From assembly GCA_965203295.1 (NCBI GenBank), contig CBDBCZ010000019.1:2144001-2208000 (forward strand): DNA of 64,000 bases. The letters are read 5' to 3'. The first letter of the stretch is position 1, and each line of letters opens with the position of its first letter. Made by a program: the position numbers and the translations under genes. Below are positions 31,561 through 41,644 of the stretch, one piece after another. The notes beneath the pieces are model-generated. The model was not told the DNA's origin, ran no database searches, and was given only the letters and a program-made list of their open reading frames with translations. The stretch comes from Nitrospirales bacterium. Its GTDB lineage: Bacteria > Nitrospirota > Nitrospiria > Nitrospirales > UBA8639.

Positions 31561-33198
31561 CTACCTCCTGAGTCTCTTCCTTCCCGCTTCTGGATGATTC
31601 GAGAGGGGTTGATGCTGCTCCAATCCCGTAATAACCAACGTTGAACTCTTTTCTTTGAACTCCTTTTCCATTTCATGCAGTTTGGACATCGTCGTGTGGT
31701 CCACCAAATAGGTGCCTGACAGATCAAGGACGACATGGGGTTCTTGCCTGAATTTCTCCAATTGCTTCTTCAATCCAATCCACGTACTAAAAATAGCCGA
31801 ATCTTTCACTCGGATGGTCACACCGTTCTGACTATCCCGATCAACTTGGACTTGAGATTTAAACAGCGACTTCACAGGGACACCATTCTTCAGATGGACC
31901 ACAAAATTAACACAAATGCCAATGGCGATTCCCATAAGCAAATCTGTCGCGAGCACTCCCACAACCGTGGAAACGAAAATAATGAATTGTTCACGACCGA
32001 CATGATACATGTGCACAAATTCGAGAGGGGAGGCAAGGCGAAAGCCTGTAAAAACGAGCATGGCACCCAAGGCTGCGAGTGGGATCTGATTAATTAATCC
32101 CGGAACTAAAGCTACAAAGATCAAGAGAAATGAACCATGAAATGCATTCGCAAACCGGGTTCTTGCTCCATTATCAATATTGGCTTTGCTTCGAACGATT
32201 TCCGAAATCATGGGGAGGCCGCCAACAAAGGCGGAGAGGGTATTTCCTGCCCCAACGGCCAGCATATCGCGATCTTGGTCCGTCTTTCGTTTCCATGGAT
32301 CTATCCCATCGATTGCCTTCGCACTAAGCAGTGACTCCAAACTGCCTATCAGCGCAAACATCACCACATATTTCCATCCGGTCGTGGTCATGAGTCCTGA
32401 GAAATCAGGGAAGGTCAACGCACTGAACATATTTTCAGGGACGGCTACCAAGAAATCTTTGCCAAGAGGATACTCTTGACCGTTGAAGGAATAGGTTTGT
32501 TCTTGACTTAAATTGAAATACATCCCCAAGGGGACCGTCACCATGAGCACGATCATGGGAGCAGGGATGACCTTGAGACGAAGATTTTTTATAAAAGGGT
32601 ATCCAAGCATGATGATTAAACTGATGATGCCTATGAGTCCGAGAATCGGGTTCATCGCTACGATGAAATGAGGAATCTTGGCGATAAGTTCCAGCGGTTT
32701 TCCGTCTGGACTGAGGCCCATCGCAATCGGAAACTGTTTCGCCATGATGATGACACCAATAGCAGCGAGTAACCCATGCACCGCCGAGGTTGGAAAAAAC
32801 TCTCCGAGGATTCCAGCCCGGAAGGCACCAAAGAGAATTTGAATGATCCCAGCCGCGACTCCCACTCCCAAAGCCAATCGGTAGGCCTGAAAATCAGCGG
32901 TGGGATCTTTGCCACCCGTAAAACCGAATTCGGTCACGCATCCGATAGCAATGACAATAAGTCCAGCAGCGGGCCCCTTGATCGTGAGCTCAGAATTACT
33001 AAAAAACGTCGCCAGCATTCCGCCAATAATGGCGGTAAAAATGCCAGCGATAGCGGGATATCCACAGGCCAGGGAAATACCCAGACATAGAGGAAGGGCA
33101 ATGAGGAAAACCAGAAACCCGGAAAGCAAGTCCGCCTTCCAGTTTTTCGGTAGCTCAGCCAGATTCCCTCTGGGAACCGGGGTTGTTTTTAGGGTCAT
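31561..33198 (-). CDS. SulP/SLC26-family anion (likely bicarbonate) transporter with STAS-like C-terminus
   Basis: DLLSGFLVFLIALPLCLGIS, GPAAGL, GGLPMISEIVRSKANI, VLDLS..LVDHT. Confidence 0.93.
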   Translation of the reverse strand: MTLKTTPVPRGNLAELPKNWKADLLSGFLVFLIALPLCLGISLACGYPAIAGIFTAIIGGMLATFFSNSELTIKGPAAGLIVIAIGCVTEFGFTGGKDPTADFQAYRLALGVGVAAGIIQILFGAFRAGILGEFFPTSAVHGLLAAIGVIIMAKQFPIAMGLSPDGKPLELIAKIPHFIVAMNPILGLIGIISLIIMLGYPFIKNLRLKVIPAPMIVLMVTVPLGMYFNLSQEQTYSFNGQEYPLGKDFLVAVPENMFSALTFPDFSGLMTTTGWKYVVMFALIGSLESLLSAKAIDGIDPWKRKTDQDRDMLAVGAGNTLSAFVGGLPMISEIVRSKANIDNGARTRFANAFHGSFLLIFVALVPGLINQIPLAALGAMLVFTGFRLASPLEFVHMYHVGREQFIIFVSTVVGVLATDLLMGIAIGICVNFVVHLKNGVPVKSLFKSQVQVDRDSQNGVTIRVKDSAIFSTWIGLKKQLEKFRQEPHVVLDLSGTYLVDHTTMSKLHEMEKEFKEKSSTLVITGLEQHQPLSNHPEAGRKRLRR

Positions 33199-33306
33199 GG
33201 ATTTACCTCACAGATCTCCCCCAACACTTTACCTCATAAGGCCATTTTGAAAATTTTCTTAGGATAATCCCATTCATTTTGGTGCCACCAGAACGTATTT
33301 TGACAT

Positions 33307-33496
33307 AAAAAAAGCCAGCCTTGGTTTACGAAACCTTCGCATACACCAAGATGGCTTGTACTGTCGCTGGCCTCAGTGTGCTGAACACCAGCTACCCTAC
33401 TGCCCTCTTCTATAACTAGGGCTAGATAACTTCTAACACCCTCAAGCCTGTTCACAAAAACAGGACCTGTTGGCAAGCCCCCGTCATCGACAACTC
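33307..33496 (-). ncRNA. Candidate tandem riboswitch leader (copy B) with terminator, upstream of sulP
   Basis: Motif 2 GUUG...GCCAACAGGUC (33464-33496); motif 1 GUAGGGUAGCUGG...CCAGCGACAGUACAAGCC (33353-33415); hairpin plus U7 (33307-33357). Confidence 0.7.
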
Positions 33497-33505
33497 TTCT
33501 TAATA

Positions 33506-33534
33506 TTTATACCAGGGTCTACCTGTATCAGCAA
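33506..33534 (-). promoter_or_regulatory. Sigma-70 extended -10 promoter for the sulP leader
   Basis: TTGCTG-N17-TATAAA with TGn extension (GACCCTGGTATAAA). Confidence 0.6.
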
Positions 33535-34028
33535 CATCTAAAAACCCTCAAGGTTTAGGCTGAGGAATGAATGCTTCCTCATTCGACAGCCCGAGTTTTA
33601 TAATCTGGCAATTTCATATTTTCACACTCGATCCCCCAAAAACATAATTCTTGATCAATTCAGTTTCGTGTTTTGGATCGAACGCTTCTAACCCTTTCTA
33701 AGTCTCCTTATGAAAAAAATGATTCTTCTTTCGGATACAGACCAAGCTAGAGTCTTTACATTGAGTCGAAATGCACACCACATTGGTATGGCAACTCCCG
33801 TTGGAGAGCGCTGCCGAGTCAAACATACATGAAATACCAATTAAATGGTAACCGACCCGTCCAGCAAAGGAGGGAAAAACTTTACCACAAACTTTTGAAT
33901 AGGGGAAATGGTTAGGGAAACAGGGAGGAAAAGAAAGAGTCTCCAAGGGAGACGTGGTCTATAATCAGAAGGTTTACGGAGGGCAGAGGGAAACGGAGTG
34001 TTTCCCTCGGTGGATCTCCAAAAATGAC

Positions 34029-34100
34029 TTATCCGTAAATATTAAAAAGGGTAAGGACCGCAACAATGCCGATAACTAGCAAATCATATACAGGATCCAT
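34029..34100 (-). CDS. Putative 23-aa membrane microprotein
   Basis: MDPVYDLLVIGIVAVLTLFNIYG*; GAGAGGA RBS; sigma-54-like promoter upstream, hairpins downstream. Confidence 0.45.
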   Translation of the reverse strand: MDPVYDLLVIGIVAVLTLFNIYG

Positions 34101-34187
34101 GTTATCCTCTCTTTTTTCCTGGCCCACTATTTCGTTCGGGGGCTATTTAAGAGCCAATGGTAAAAATCTTAATTAATCTTTATAGCA

Positions 34188-34203
34188 AGCAATTTTGATA
34201 CCG
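34188..34203 (-). promoter_or_regulatory. Putative sigma-54 promoter
   Basis: CGGTATCAAAATTGCT = GG-N10-GC; IHF-like TTTCAATAAGTTA and perfect palindrome GTGCGAATTCGCAC (34330-34343) upstream. Confidence 0.55.
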
Positions 34204-34454
34204 TTTTTTTAGGTGAAAATTTAACAAAAATATAGTTATAACTTATTGAAATAATTTGAATTTAAAAAATATGTGATTTAAATTTTAGAGGAGGTTTTGA
34301 GGAAGGAGCGGTTCTGCTCGGTGATATTGGTGCGAATTCGCACAAGACAAGGAAAATTTCTATGCTCATATTGTCTGGTTTTATTATCAAAGATCAATTT
34401 AAACCTAGGCGAGAAATCTAATTCCCGTCAAATTCCTTCAGAAATCAACCCTCA

Positions 34455-35048
34455 TTAATTGAGAGGCACTTGAATCACTAATCCGCCCATCACATCATTT
34501 AACTTAAAATCGCGTTTGGGACTCTCCGTATGAGCATTGCGACAGGCAACACATGCTCTGCTAAACGCTCGGTCAGGATACATCGCTTGAAAGTAGCGTT
34601 TTCCGTTGAGGGTCAATTCCCCTTCTACGACTTCTCCATATTTCACAACCTGCTCTAACATTTGACGGTCCTGGTCCGAAGCAGGAGAATTACGAGTATT
34701 TAACGGCCAAAGGCTAATCAATCTATAGCGGAATGGGCTGTCACGAACATGGAGACTGCGAGAGGCCTCGCGCAAAAACTGAACAGGTAAGGGAAGAGTC
34801 TGTTCTTTCACCCAATCCTCGGAGGCGTTGACGATCAGCATCGCCTCCATCCGCTCGACAACGTGCTGAGTATAAAACGTACGATCGGCTTCAATCACAG
34901 CATGCAGATAGTCCGCCACGGTTCGAGCAGGAATTCCTTCATGAGAGTGGCTTTGGATGCCGACGTTCCATCCAATGACCAGACCTGCCAATCCAATCGA
35001 GGCAATCAAAGCAATTGTTTTCGTGGTCTGACTCATGCCGGTCTTCAC
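34455..35048 (-). CDS. DUF3365 (Tll0287-like) periplasmic heme-c protein; CxxCH altered to CxxCR
   Basis: VADYLHAVIEADRTFYT, LPLPVQFL, YRLISLWPLN, YPDRA..ACVACRNAH, FKLNDVMGG. Confidence 0.8.
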   Translation of the reverse strand: MKTGMSQTTKTIALIASIGLAGLVIGWNVGIQSHSHEGIPARTVADYLHAVIEADRTFYTQHVVERMEAMLIVNASEDWVKEQTLPLPVQFLREASRSLHVRDSPFRYRLISLWPLNTRNSPASDQDRQMLEQVVKYGEVVEGELTLNGKRYFQAMYPDRAFSRACVACRNAHTESPKRDFKLNDVMGGLVIQVPLN

Positions 35049-35395
35049 TCACTCATTGCAAAAGTGATCGCATTTCTCTCTTTCCTGAAACACACCAATT
35101 CGACAAGAGCTATCTTACCGAAACGCGACTTTCCTCACCAGAGTCTCTAACCCTGTCTTCTTCAGTTTTTCAAACGAGTGGTAGAAAATTTGCCAACCTT
35201 TTGCCTTAGGAAGGTGAGACCAAGGATTAGGTAGCAACATCCCCAACTTGACGAGCCATGTCCATGGGCGACACTCACGCCAATCAACCAGTACTCTATT
35301 ATCAATCCGAGGGAAGCCATGTGCAGATTCTCTGCGTATTGGTGCACATTGTCTGTTCGTTTGACACGCTCTATGGGTGCCCTTACGATACTTCA

Positions 35396-37333
35396 ATGAG
35401 AAAGACCATGCCCATATTTCGACTTTTCACAAACCTTCCCATTGCCCAGAAGCTCTTGCTCGTTTCCATTATTCCAATCTTGACACTGGGAGTACTCAGC
35501 GTCGTGACGTACAACAGCGTCCGAGTCTTTGCGCAAGATGAAGACCGACTCAATCATGTGTATCACGTCCAGACAATGGCCGCAGAATACATGCGGCTGG
35601 TGGTCGACTTGGAAACTGGCTTCCGTGGTTTCGTTCTGACCCAAGAGCCGAAATTTTTAAAACCTTATCATGCCGCAAAACAGCGCGTGCTTCAGATCGG
35701 CAAGTCACTCGAACAAATGGTGGAAACCCACGAGGAACAACGTTCACAGATTCACAAAACACAGAGTCTTGTGCAAACACTCATGGAAGATAAAGATCGC
35801 TTGATTGAACGAGCAAAGCAGGGGCACCCAGAAGAAGCTCTTTACTATATTGAATCTGGAACAGGGCGATAGATTATGTTGGGAATTCGAGAAGTCTTGT
35901 CGAACTTTGACAAACGAGAAGTAGAAATATTAAGGCAAACGCTTGAGCGAACCTCGAATGATCGAGCCTTCCTGGTCAGGGTGATTGTCGGAGGCGGTTC
36001 CTTAGCGCTCATCCTCATGGTGTTTGCGCTGCACTTGCTCGCACGGTCTATCACTGGACCATTGGTCACTTTAGCCAAGACAGTCGAAAATCGACGCGGG
36101 GAAACCGTCCCTGAAGTGCGTGTATTAGAACGAGGCGACGAAATCGGCGACTTAACTCGTGTCATGCATAACATGAGCCAACAAATACGCGATTACATCC
36201 AACGGATCAAGAATTCTGAAACTGAGCTGCGCTCCCTCAATCTTGATCTGTCAACTTCAGAATCTAAATACCGAGGAATCCTCGACTATGCCCCATTTGG
36301 AATATTTACCGCTAAACATAGAGCAGTGATCTTTTGTAATCGGCACAATTGTATTCTTGCCGGCCGAAATCCAGATGAGGATATAGCGCCTGAAACGATG
36401 TGGGAGTCGATTCATCCCGAAGACCGCAAACAGATCCTACGTTCTTTTTCCGAAGCCATAGCCAATGAAGTTCCTTTTGAACGAGTCTTTCGTTTTCTCC
36501 ACCCCAATGGAACTGTTAGAAAAGTTTTGAGTCGGGCTGTTCCCATTCGATCTGTCCCAGGAAGCGAAGTCATTTATCAGGGGTTTAATATTGACATCAC
36601 AGCCCTAGAACAAATGCGAGAAAGACTGAGTCGAGCGGAACGCCTCGCGACTCTAGGCCAGGTGGCTGCCGGGATTGCCCATGAAATTCGTAATCCTCTT
36701 GTGGGCATTGGCTCTACGACTTCGCTTTTGATTGAAGAACTACACGAGGAGGATACGAGACGAGAAGACCTTACGACCATCTTAAAAGAAACTCGCCGGC
36801 TAGACCGAATTGTCACACAAATCGTTGAGTATGCCAGACCGCGGGATCTTGTCCCTGGAAGCTTTGAAGTAAATCCGCTCATTGAAGAAACCATGAATCT
36901 CGTACGGGAACCAGTTGAGCAAAAAGGAGTTCACGTCACGTACGACTTTTCTCCCTCTCTCGCACCGATCTATGCTGATCGTGATCAAATCAAGCAAGTG
37001 CTCTTAAACGGGATCCAGAATGCTCTTGAAGCGGCCCCCTTTGAAGGAACCATTCGAATTAACCTCACTGAAGAAGAACGCGGCGGAGAAAAAGGCTTAC
37101 TCATCGGAATTCATGATAACGGGAAAGGGATCGCACCTGTAGACCTCCCAAAAATTTTTGAACCATTTTTTACGACTGGGAAATGTCGGGGTACGGGCCT
37201 TGGGTTGCCGATTTGCCAAAATATTATCGATGCCCACGGGGGTGACATCAAAGCTGGCAGTCAAGCTGGAGATGGTACGTCTCTCACAATCTGGCTCCCG
37301 ATTTCTTCACAAGTCCAAACTTCTGCGGTGTGA
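35396..37333 (+). pseudogene. CHASE3-HAMP-PAS sensor histidine kinase with an in-frame nonsense codon
   Basis: DLETGFRGFVLT (CHASE3), TAG at 35870-35872, then GDEIGDL (HAMP), IHPEDR (PAS), AHEIRNPL, DNGKGI, GTGLGL in the same frame. Confidence 0.85.
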
Positions 37334-37336
37334 TTC

Positions 37337-38730
37337 ATGCGTGCGACGATTTTTGTGACAGATGATGATGAAGTCGTCCGATCGTCGATCACTCGACGCT
37401 TGTCGAGACAAAATCATGCGATTCGTAGTTTTGACTCAGGTGAGGCCCTCATCGAAGCCTTAGATCATGATCTTCCCGACATCATTCTGCTTGACTTGAA
37501 AATGACCGGAATGAGCGGGTTGGAAACACTCAAACAGGTCAGCCCCAAAGCTCCGCAAGCGTTGGTCATCCTCTTGACGGCCTATGGGACCATCGAGGAT
37601 GCAGTCGAGGCCATGAAATTAGGTGCCTATGATTTCTTGATCAAAAGCGTGGATCTGTCAGGAGTCACCCCGGTTGTCCAACGGGCTTTGGAATATTTGG
37701 CCTTACGTCGACGAGTCTTATTCGAAACGAAGGACGTGGCCAGCTGGTATTCGCTGACCCAACTCATTGTAGAGAGCCCTAGCATGCAGGGGCTTCTCTC
37801 CCAAGTTCAAGAATTGACCCAAAATACGAAGACGACAGTCCTCTTTCAAGGAGAGACCGGAACCGGAAAAGAATTATCGCCCGCATTCTCCATCATAATG
37901 GCCCCCGTAAACAGGCTCCCTTTGTCGGGGTCAATTGTACCGCCATTCCCCAGGAATTATTCGAAAGCGAATTATTCGGATATGAACGAGATGCCTTTAC
38001 TGGAGCTATTCAACGAAAGCCTGGTTTGTGTGAACAGGCGGAAGGGGGAACGCTCTTTTTAGATGAAATCGGCGATTTAAACCTGGCGATGCAAGCCAAA
38101 CTTCTTCGGGTGTTACAAGAACGATCGATAAAACGGTTGGGAGGGCGCGAAGAGATAGAAGTTGATTTCCGACTGATTGCCGCCACAAACCATGACCTTC
38201 GGAAAGAAATCACGCAAGGTCATTTCCGAGAGGATCTGTTTTTTCGTTTAAATGTCGTGTCATTGGAATTACCAGCTCTTCGTCACCGACTGGAAGACAT
38301 TCATCCCCTCTGTCTTCGTTTTTTGCATCATCACTGCAAAGAAATTGGCAAAGACATTAACGAATTTGATGCTGACGCTCGAACCTTGTTTGCTCAGTAC
38401 CCGTACCCCGGTAACATTCGAGAATTAGAAAATATTATCGAACGTGCCGTCATCTTTTGTCAGGGGAAAACTGTCACCGCTGCAGATTTGCCTCGTGAGC
38501 TCCATGAATGGGCAAACGCTCCCATTAAAGGCACCATTCGGGGAAACGAGGAAATTGTTCAAATACAAATGACCTTAGGGAAACAGTCGCTGGCTGACGT
38601 TGAAACAGCCATTATCGAGGAAGTCATGCGATTGTCTGATTCTAATAAAAGTTTGGCCGCGAAAAAATTAGGCCTAACACGGTTTGCACTTGATCACCGG
38701 CTCAAGAAAATCCTCGAGGAAGACACGTAG
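37337..38730 (+). pseudogene. NtrC-family sigma-54-dependent response regulator, frameshifted
   Basis: Receiver domain (DDD, LLDLKM), GETGTGKE, then -1 shift near 37875; ESELFGYERDAFTGA, GGTLFLDEIG, FREDLFFRLNV, YPGNIRELENIIE, Fis-type HTH. Confidence 0.88.
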
Positions 38731-38892
38731 AACAGCGTAACCGTCCTCAGCCAGTGATGGTTGGGCTTCATAACCTATCATGAATCATGGCTAGCCTCAG
38801 ATCGAGAAAAACCCGCGACCGACTACCCCCCATCGATCAGGCAGACGTTGACATTTGCGTCACGTCTATGTGTTAGCCTTGAGTCTCATGAC

Positions 38893-40326
38893 TCAAAATT
38901 GTGAAGAGTTAATCCACATATGGGCGAGGATGCTGAAGGCGTACCCGAGCGCAATAGCCGGCGTCCATTTGAGATGACTAAAAAAGGTATACTTGCCTCG
39001 TGCCTGCCCCATGAGGGCCACACCCGCAGCAGAACCGATAGATAACATACTTCCCCCAACTCCAGCAGTTAACGTGACTAACAGCCATTGCCCCTGAGAC
39101 ATGTCCGGGTTCATCGTCAGCACGGCAAACATGACAGGAATATTGTCGACGATCGCGGAGAGGATACCGACCATCGTATTCGCAAACGTCGGACCCATTT
39201 GGACATACATCACCTGAGACACCATGGTGAGATACCCGAGAAACCCGAGTCCCCCAACACAGAGAACCACGCCATAGAAAAAGAATAATGTATCCCATTC
39301 GGCACGCGCGACCTCTCGAAAAGTGTCGAAGAAGGTGATATCACCCAATGATTCTTGGGCTTTCTTCTTACTCCACGTTCCTGGGGCTGCGTATTTATTA
39401 TGTGTTTTCTGCAAGTAATACCCAAAAAACTTGAGATAGGCTAACCCGGTCATCATTCCAGCCATCGGGGGAAGATGCAGAAAATTATGAAAACTGACAG
39501 CCGTACAAATCGTACAGAGAAACAGAAGCATGACGACATGAGCACCACGTTTCATGATCACAACTTCATCAGATGGGGCTGGAGAAACTTGAGGAACAGC
39601 AAAATGCATCAAACCCGCTGGCACGATGAAGTTCACGACTGATGGAACGAATAACAGGAAAAACGTGAAGAAGTCCACGATTCCTTTTTGCCAGACCATC
39701 AAGGTCGTGATATCCCCAAACGGACTAAAGGCGCCGCCGGCATTAGCAGCCACCACAATATTGATACACGCCAAGCTCACAAATCGAGGGTTGTCTGCAC
39801 CAACTGCGAGCACGACAGCACACATGAGAAGAGCTGTGGTCAGATTGTCTGCAACGGGTGAAATAAAAAAAGCGAGGATTCCTGTAATCCAGAAAAGCTG
39901 TCGATACGTAAATCCTTTCCGGATCAACCAGGATCGCAAACTTTCAAAGACAAGCCGCTCCTCCATCGCATTGATGTAGGTCATCGCGACGAGCAAAAAC
40001 AACATCAACTCGGCATATTCAAGAATGTTATGACGGAGAGCTTGCTCCACAGCAGAATGGTCATGTCCAGGATACGACCAACTGACAAGGACCCAAATGA
40101 TTCCCGCGGCCAACATCACGGGCTTGGACTTACGAAGATGAGTGAACTCTTCTGCCATGACCAATGCGTAGGCTAATACGAAAATCCCAATGGCCAGATA
40201 TCCCACTGGAGTATTGGTCATATTCACCTGTAGATTCGGGGCATGTGATGCTTGTGCCAGACCTGTTAGCCCCAGAAGGCATAACAAGGTCACGAGCATC
40301 ACACATAATGAGTGAAATCTATTCAT
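38893..40326 (-). CDS. nhaD: NhaD-type Na+/H+ antiporter
   Basis: EEFTHLRKSKP, FLLVAMTYINAMEER, SPVADNLTTAL, AANAGGAFSPFGDITT, SAIVDNIPV, IGSAAGVALMG. Confidence 0.93.
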   Translation of the reverse strand: MNRFHSLCVMLVTLLCLLGLTGLAQASHAPNLQVNMTNTPVGYLAIGIFVLAYALVMAEEFTHLRKSKPVMLAAGIIWVLVSWSYPGHDHSAVEQALRHNILEYAELMLFLLVAMTYINAMEERLVFESLRSWLIRKGFTYRQLFWITGILAFFISPVADNLTTALLMCAVVLAVGADNPRFVSLACINIVVAANAGGAFSPFGDITTLMVWQKGIVDFFTFFLLFVPSVVNFIVPAGLMHFAVPQVSPAPSDEVVIMKRGAHVVMLLFLCTICTAVSFHNFLHLPPMAGMMTGLAYLKFFGYYLQKTHNKYAAPGTWSKKKAQESLGDITFFDTFREVARAEWDTLFFFYGVVLCVGGLGFLGYLTMVSQVMYVQMGPTFANTMVGILSAIVDNIPVMFAVLTMNPDMSQGQWLLVTLTAGVGGSMLSIGSAAGVALMGQARGKYTFFSHLKWTPAIALGYAFSILAHMWINSSQF

Positions 40327-40356
40327 CACACAGACCTCATCAGACGAATTTAAGAC

Positions 40357-40455
40357 AAAAAAAACCAGCCAAGATTCATGGAAATACCACAAACACTCGA
40401 CTGGCTTGTACTGTCGCCCACCTAGGACATCTAAAGACCAGCTACCCTACATGCC
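40357..40455 (-). ncRNA. Candidate riboswitch (copy C) with terminator, upstream of nhaD
   Basis: Motif 1 GUAGGGUAGCUGG...GGGCGACAGUACAAGCC (40403-40455); AAGCCAGUCGAG/CUUGGCUGGUUU hairpin plus U8. Confidence 0.7.
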
Positions 40456-40566
40456 GTATAGAATGAGACGGTGGTCAAAGAAACTCTGGCTCCCCCCAAT
40501 CTTCAACAGGGCTTCTGTGAAATCCGATGGAGCCAATCTTTATAAATCTGTTTGAAACCCCATACA

Positions 40567-40595
40567 GTTATAGCAGGTCTTGGGCTCTTCCTCAA
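40567..40595 (-). promoter_or_regulatory. Sigma-70 extended -10 promoter for the nhaD leader
   Basis: TTGAGG-N17-TATAAC with TGn extension (GACCTGCTATAAC). Confidence 0.55.
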
Positions 40596-40876
40596 TAAAA
40601 TTGTTTTCTGCTATGAAGACACCTTTCAATGAACATCTTTGAACATATCCAGATAAAATCCTCATCGATAGAACCGTAATGAAATGTCTCTCCGATCAAG
40701 ATAATAGCTTTTTCTATATTTGGACACACGCCACTTCTATCGAGCCAAAACCTCATGAACATAAACTCAAAATTGAGAGTCTTCTATACAGGGTGCTCTG
40801 GCTATGTTAACATTCCACCGACCTTATGAAAGGCCTAGGTTTCTCATCTTTAAGCGCAGTGGATCGAGAGAATAGC

Positions 40877-41365
40877 ATGAACTCAACGAACAATTATCAC
40901 GATGAAGACTTCATGCAGATGGCTTTGCAACAAGCCGATCTGGCCTTTGCTCTCGGTGAGATTCCCATAGGTGCAGTCCTTGTCAAAGATGGCAAAGTCC
41001 TCGCAGCAAACCACAACCGCCGTGAGCTTGATCAGGATCCTACTGCCCATGCTGAAATCGTTGTCATCCAGGAAGCCGCCAGGCAACTGCATACCTGGCG
41101 TTTATTGGATACCACGCTGTACGTGACCCTGGAACCCTGTGCCATGTGTGCCGGCGCCATCATTCAAGCACGGATCCCTCGATTCGTGTTTGGGACTTTT
41201 GACCCAAAAGCAGGAGCCTGTGGGTCTCTGTTTAACCTGGTGATGGAACCGAGGCTTAACCACCATCCAGATATTCTAGGCGGAGTATTGGAACAGCCCT
41301 GTGGAGAAATTTTACAGCAATTCTTTCAGCAACGCCGCAAGAACCATCCTGCCTTTGTAGGATAA
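40877..41365 (+). CDS. tadA: tRNA adenosine(34) deaminase
   Basis: GEIPIGAV, DPTAHAEI, LYVTLEPCAMCAGA, DPKAGACGS. Confidence 0.96.
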   Translation: MNSTNNYHDEDFMQMALQQADLAFALGEIPIGAVLVKDGKVLAANHNRRELDQDPTAHAEIVVIQEAARQLHTWRLLDTTLYVTLEPCAMCAGAIIQARIPRFVFGTFDPKAGACGSLFNLVMEPRLNHHPDILGGVLEQPCGEILQQFFQQRRKNHPAFVG

Positions 41366-41385
41366 TGCCTGCCACAAATACAAGC

Positions 41386-41474
<89 letters not shown>

Positions 41475-41644
41475 CCTTCGCATGGCTTCGGCTGGCAGGC
41501 TACCAAGAACATCTAAACCAACCTGATGAAAGACAGGGGCTTTCCTTGCGAAGGCTGCCCACCGTAGCCCGCCTTGAATGTCTAGTCTCTTCCCCTGTGA
41601 GTCAATTGCAATTGAGAAGTGGATTCAGAAATCCTTGAAAATAC

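Noticed and set aside
33234..33946. ORFs 33234-33476 and 33698-33946
   Set aside because: No RBS or family motifs; the first runs through the structured RNA leader
19417..35872. Stop-codon readthrough or recoding to explain the in-frame TAA (19417) and TAG (35870)
   Set aside because: Intact genes here end in TAA, TAG and TGA, and neighbouring genes carry other lesions, so ordinary nonsense mutation or error is simpler
40327..40392. Longer nhaD start (MWYFHESW...)
   Set aside because: Lies inside the terminator hairpin and U-tract; ATG 40326 has a GAGGT RBS
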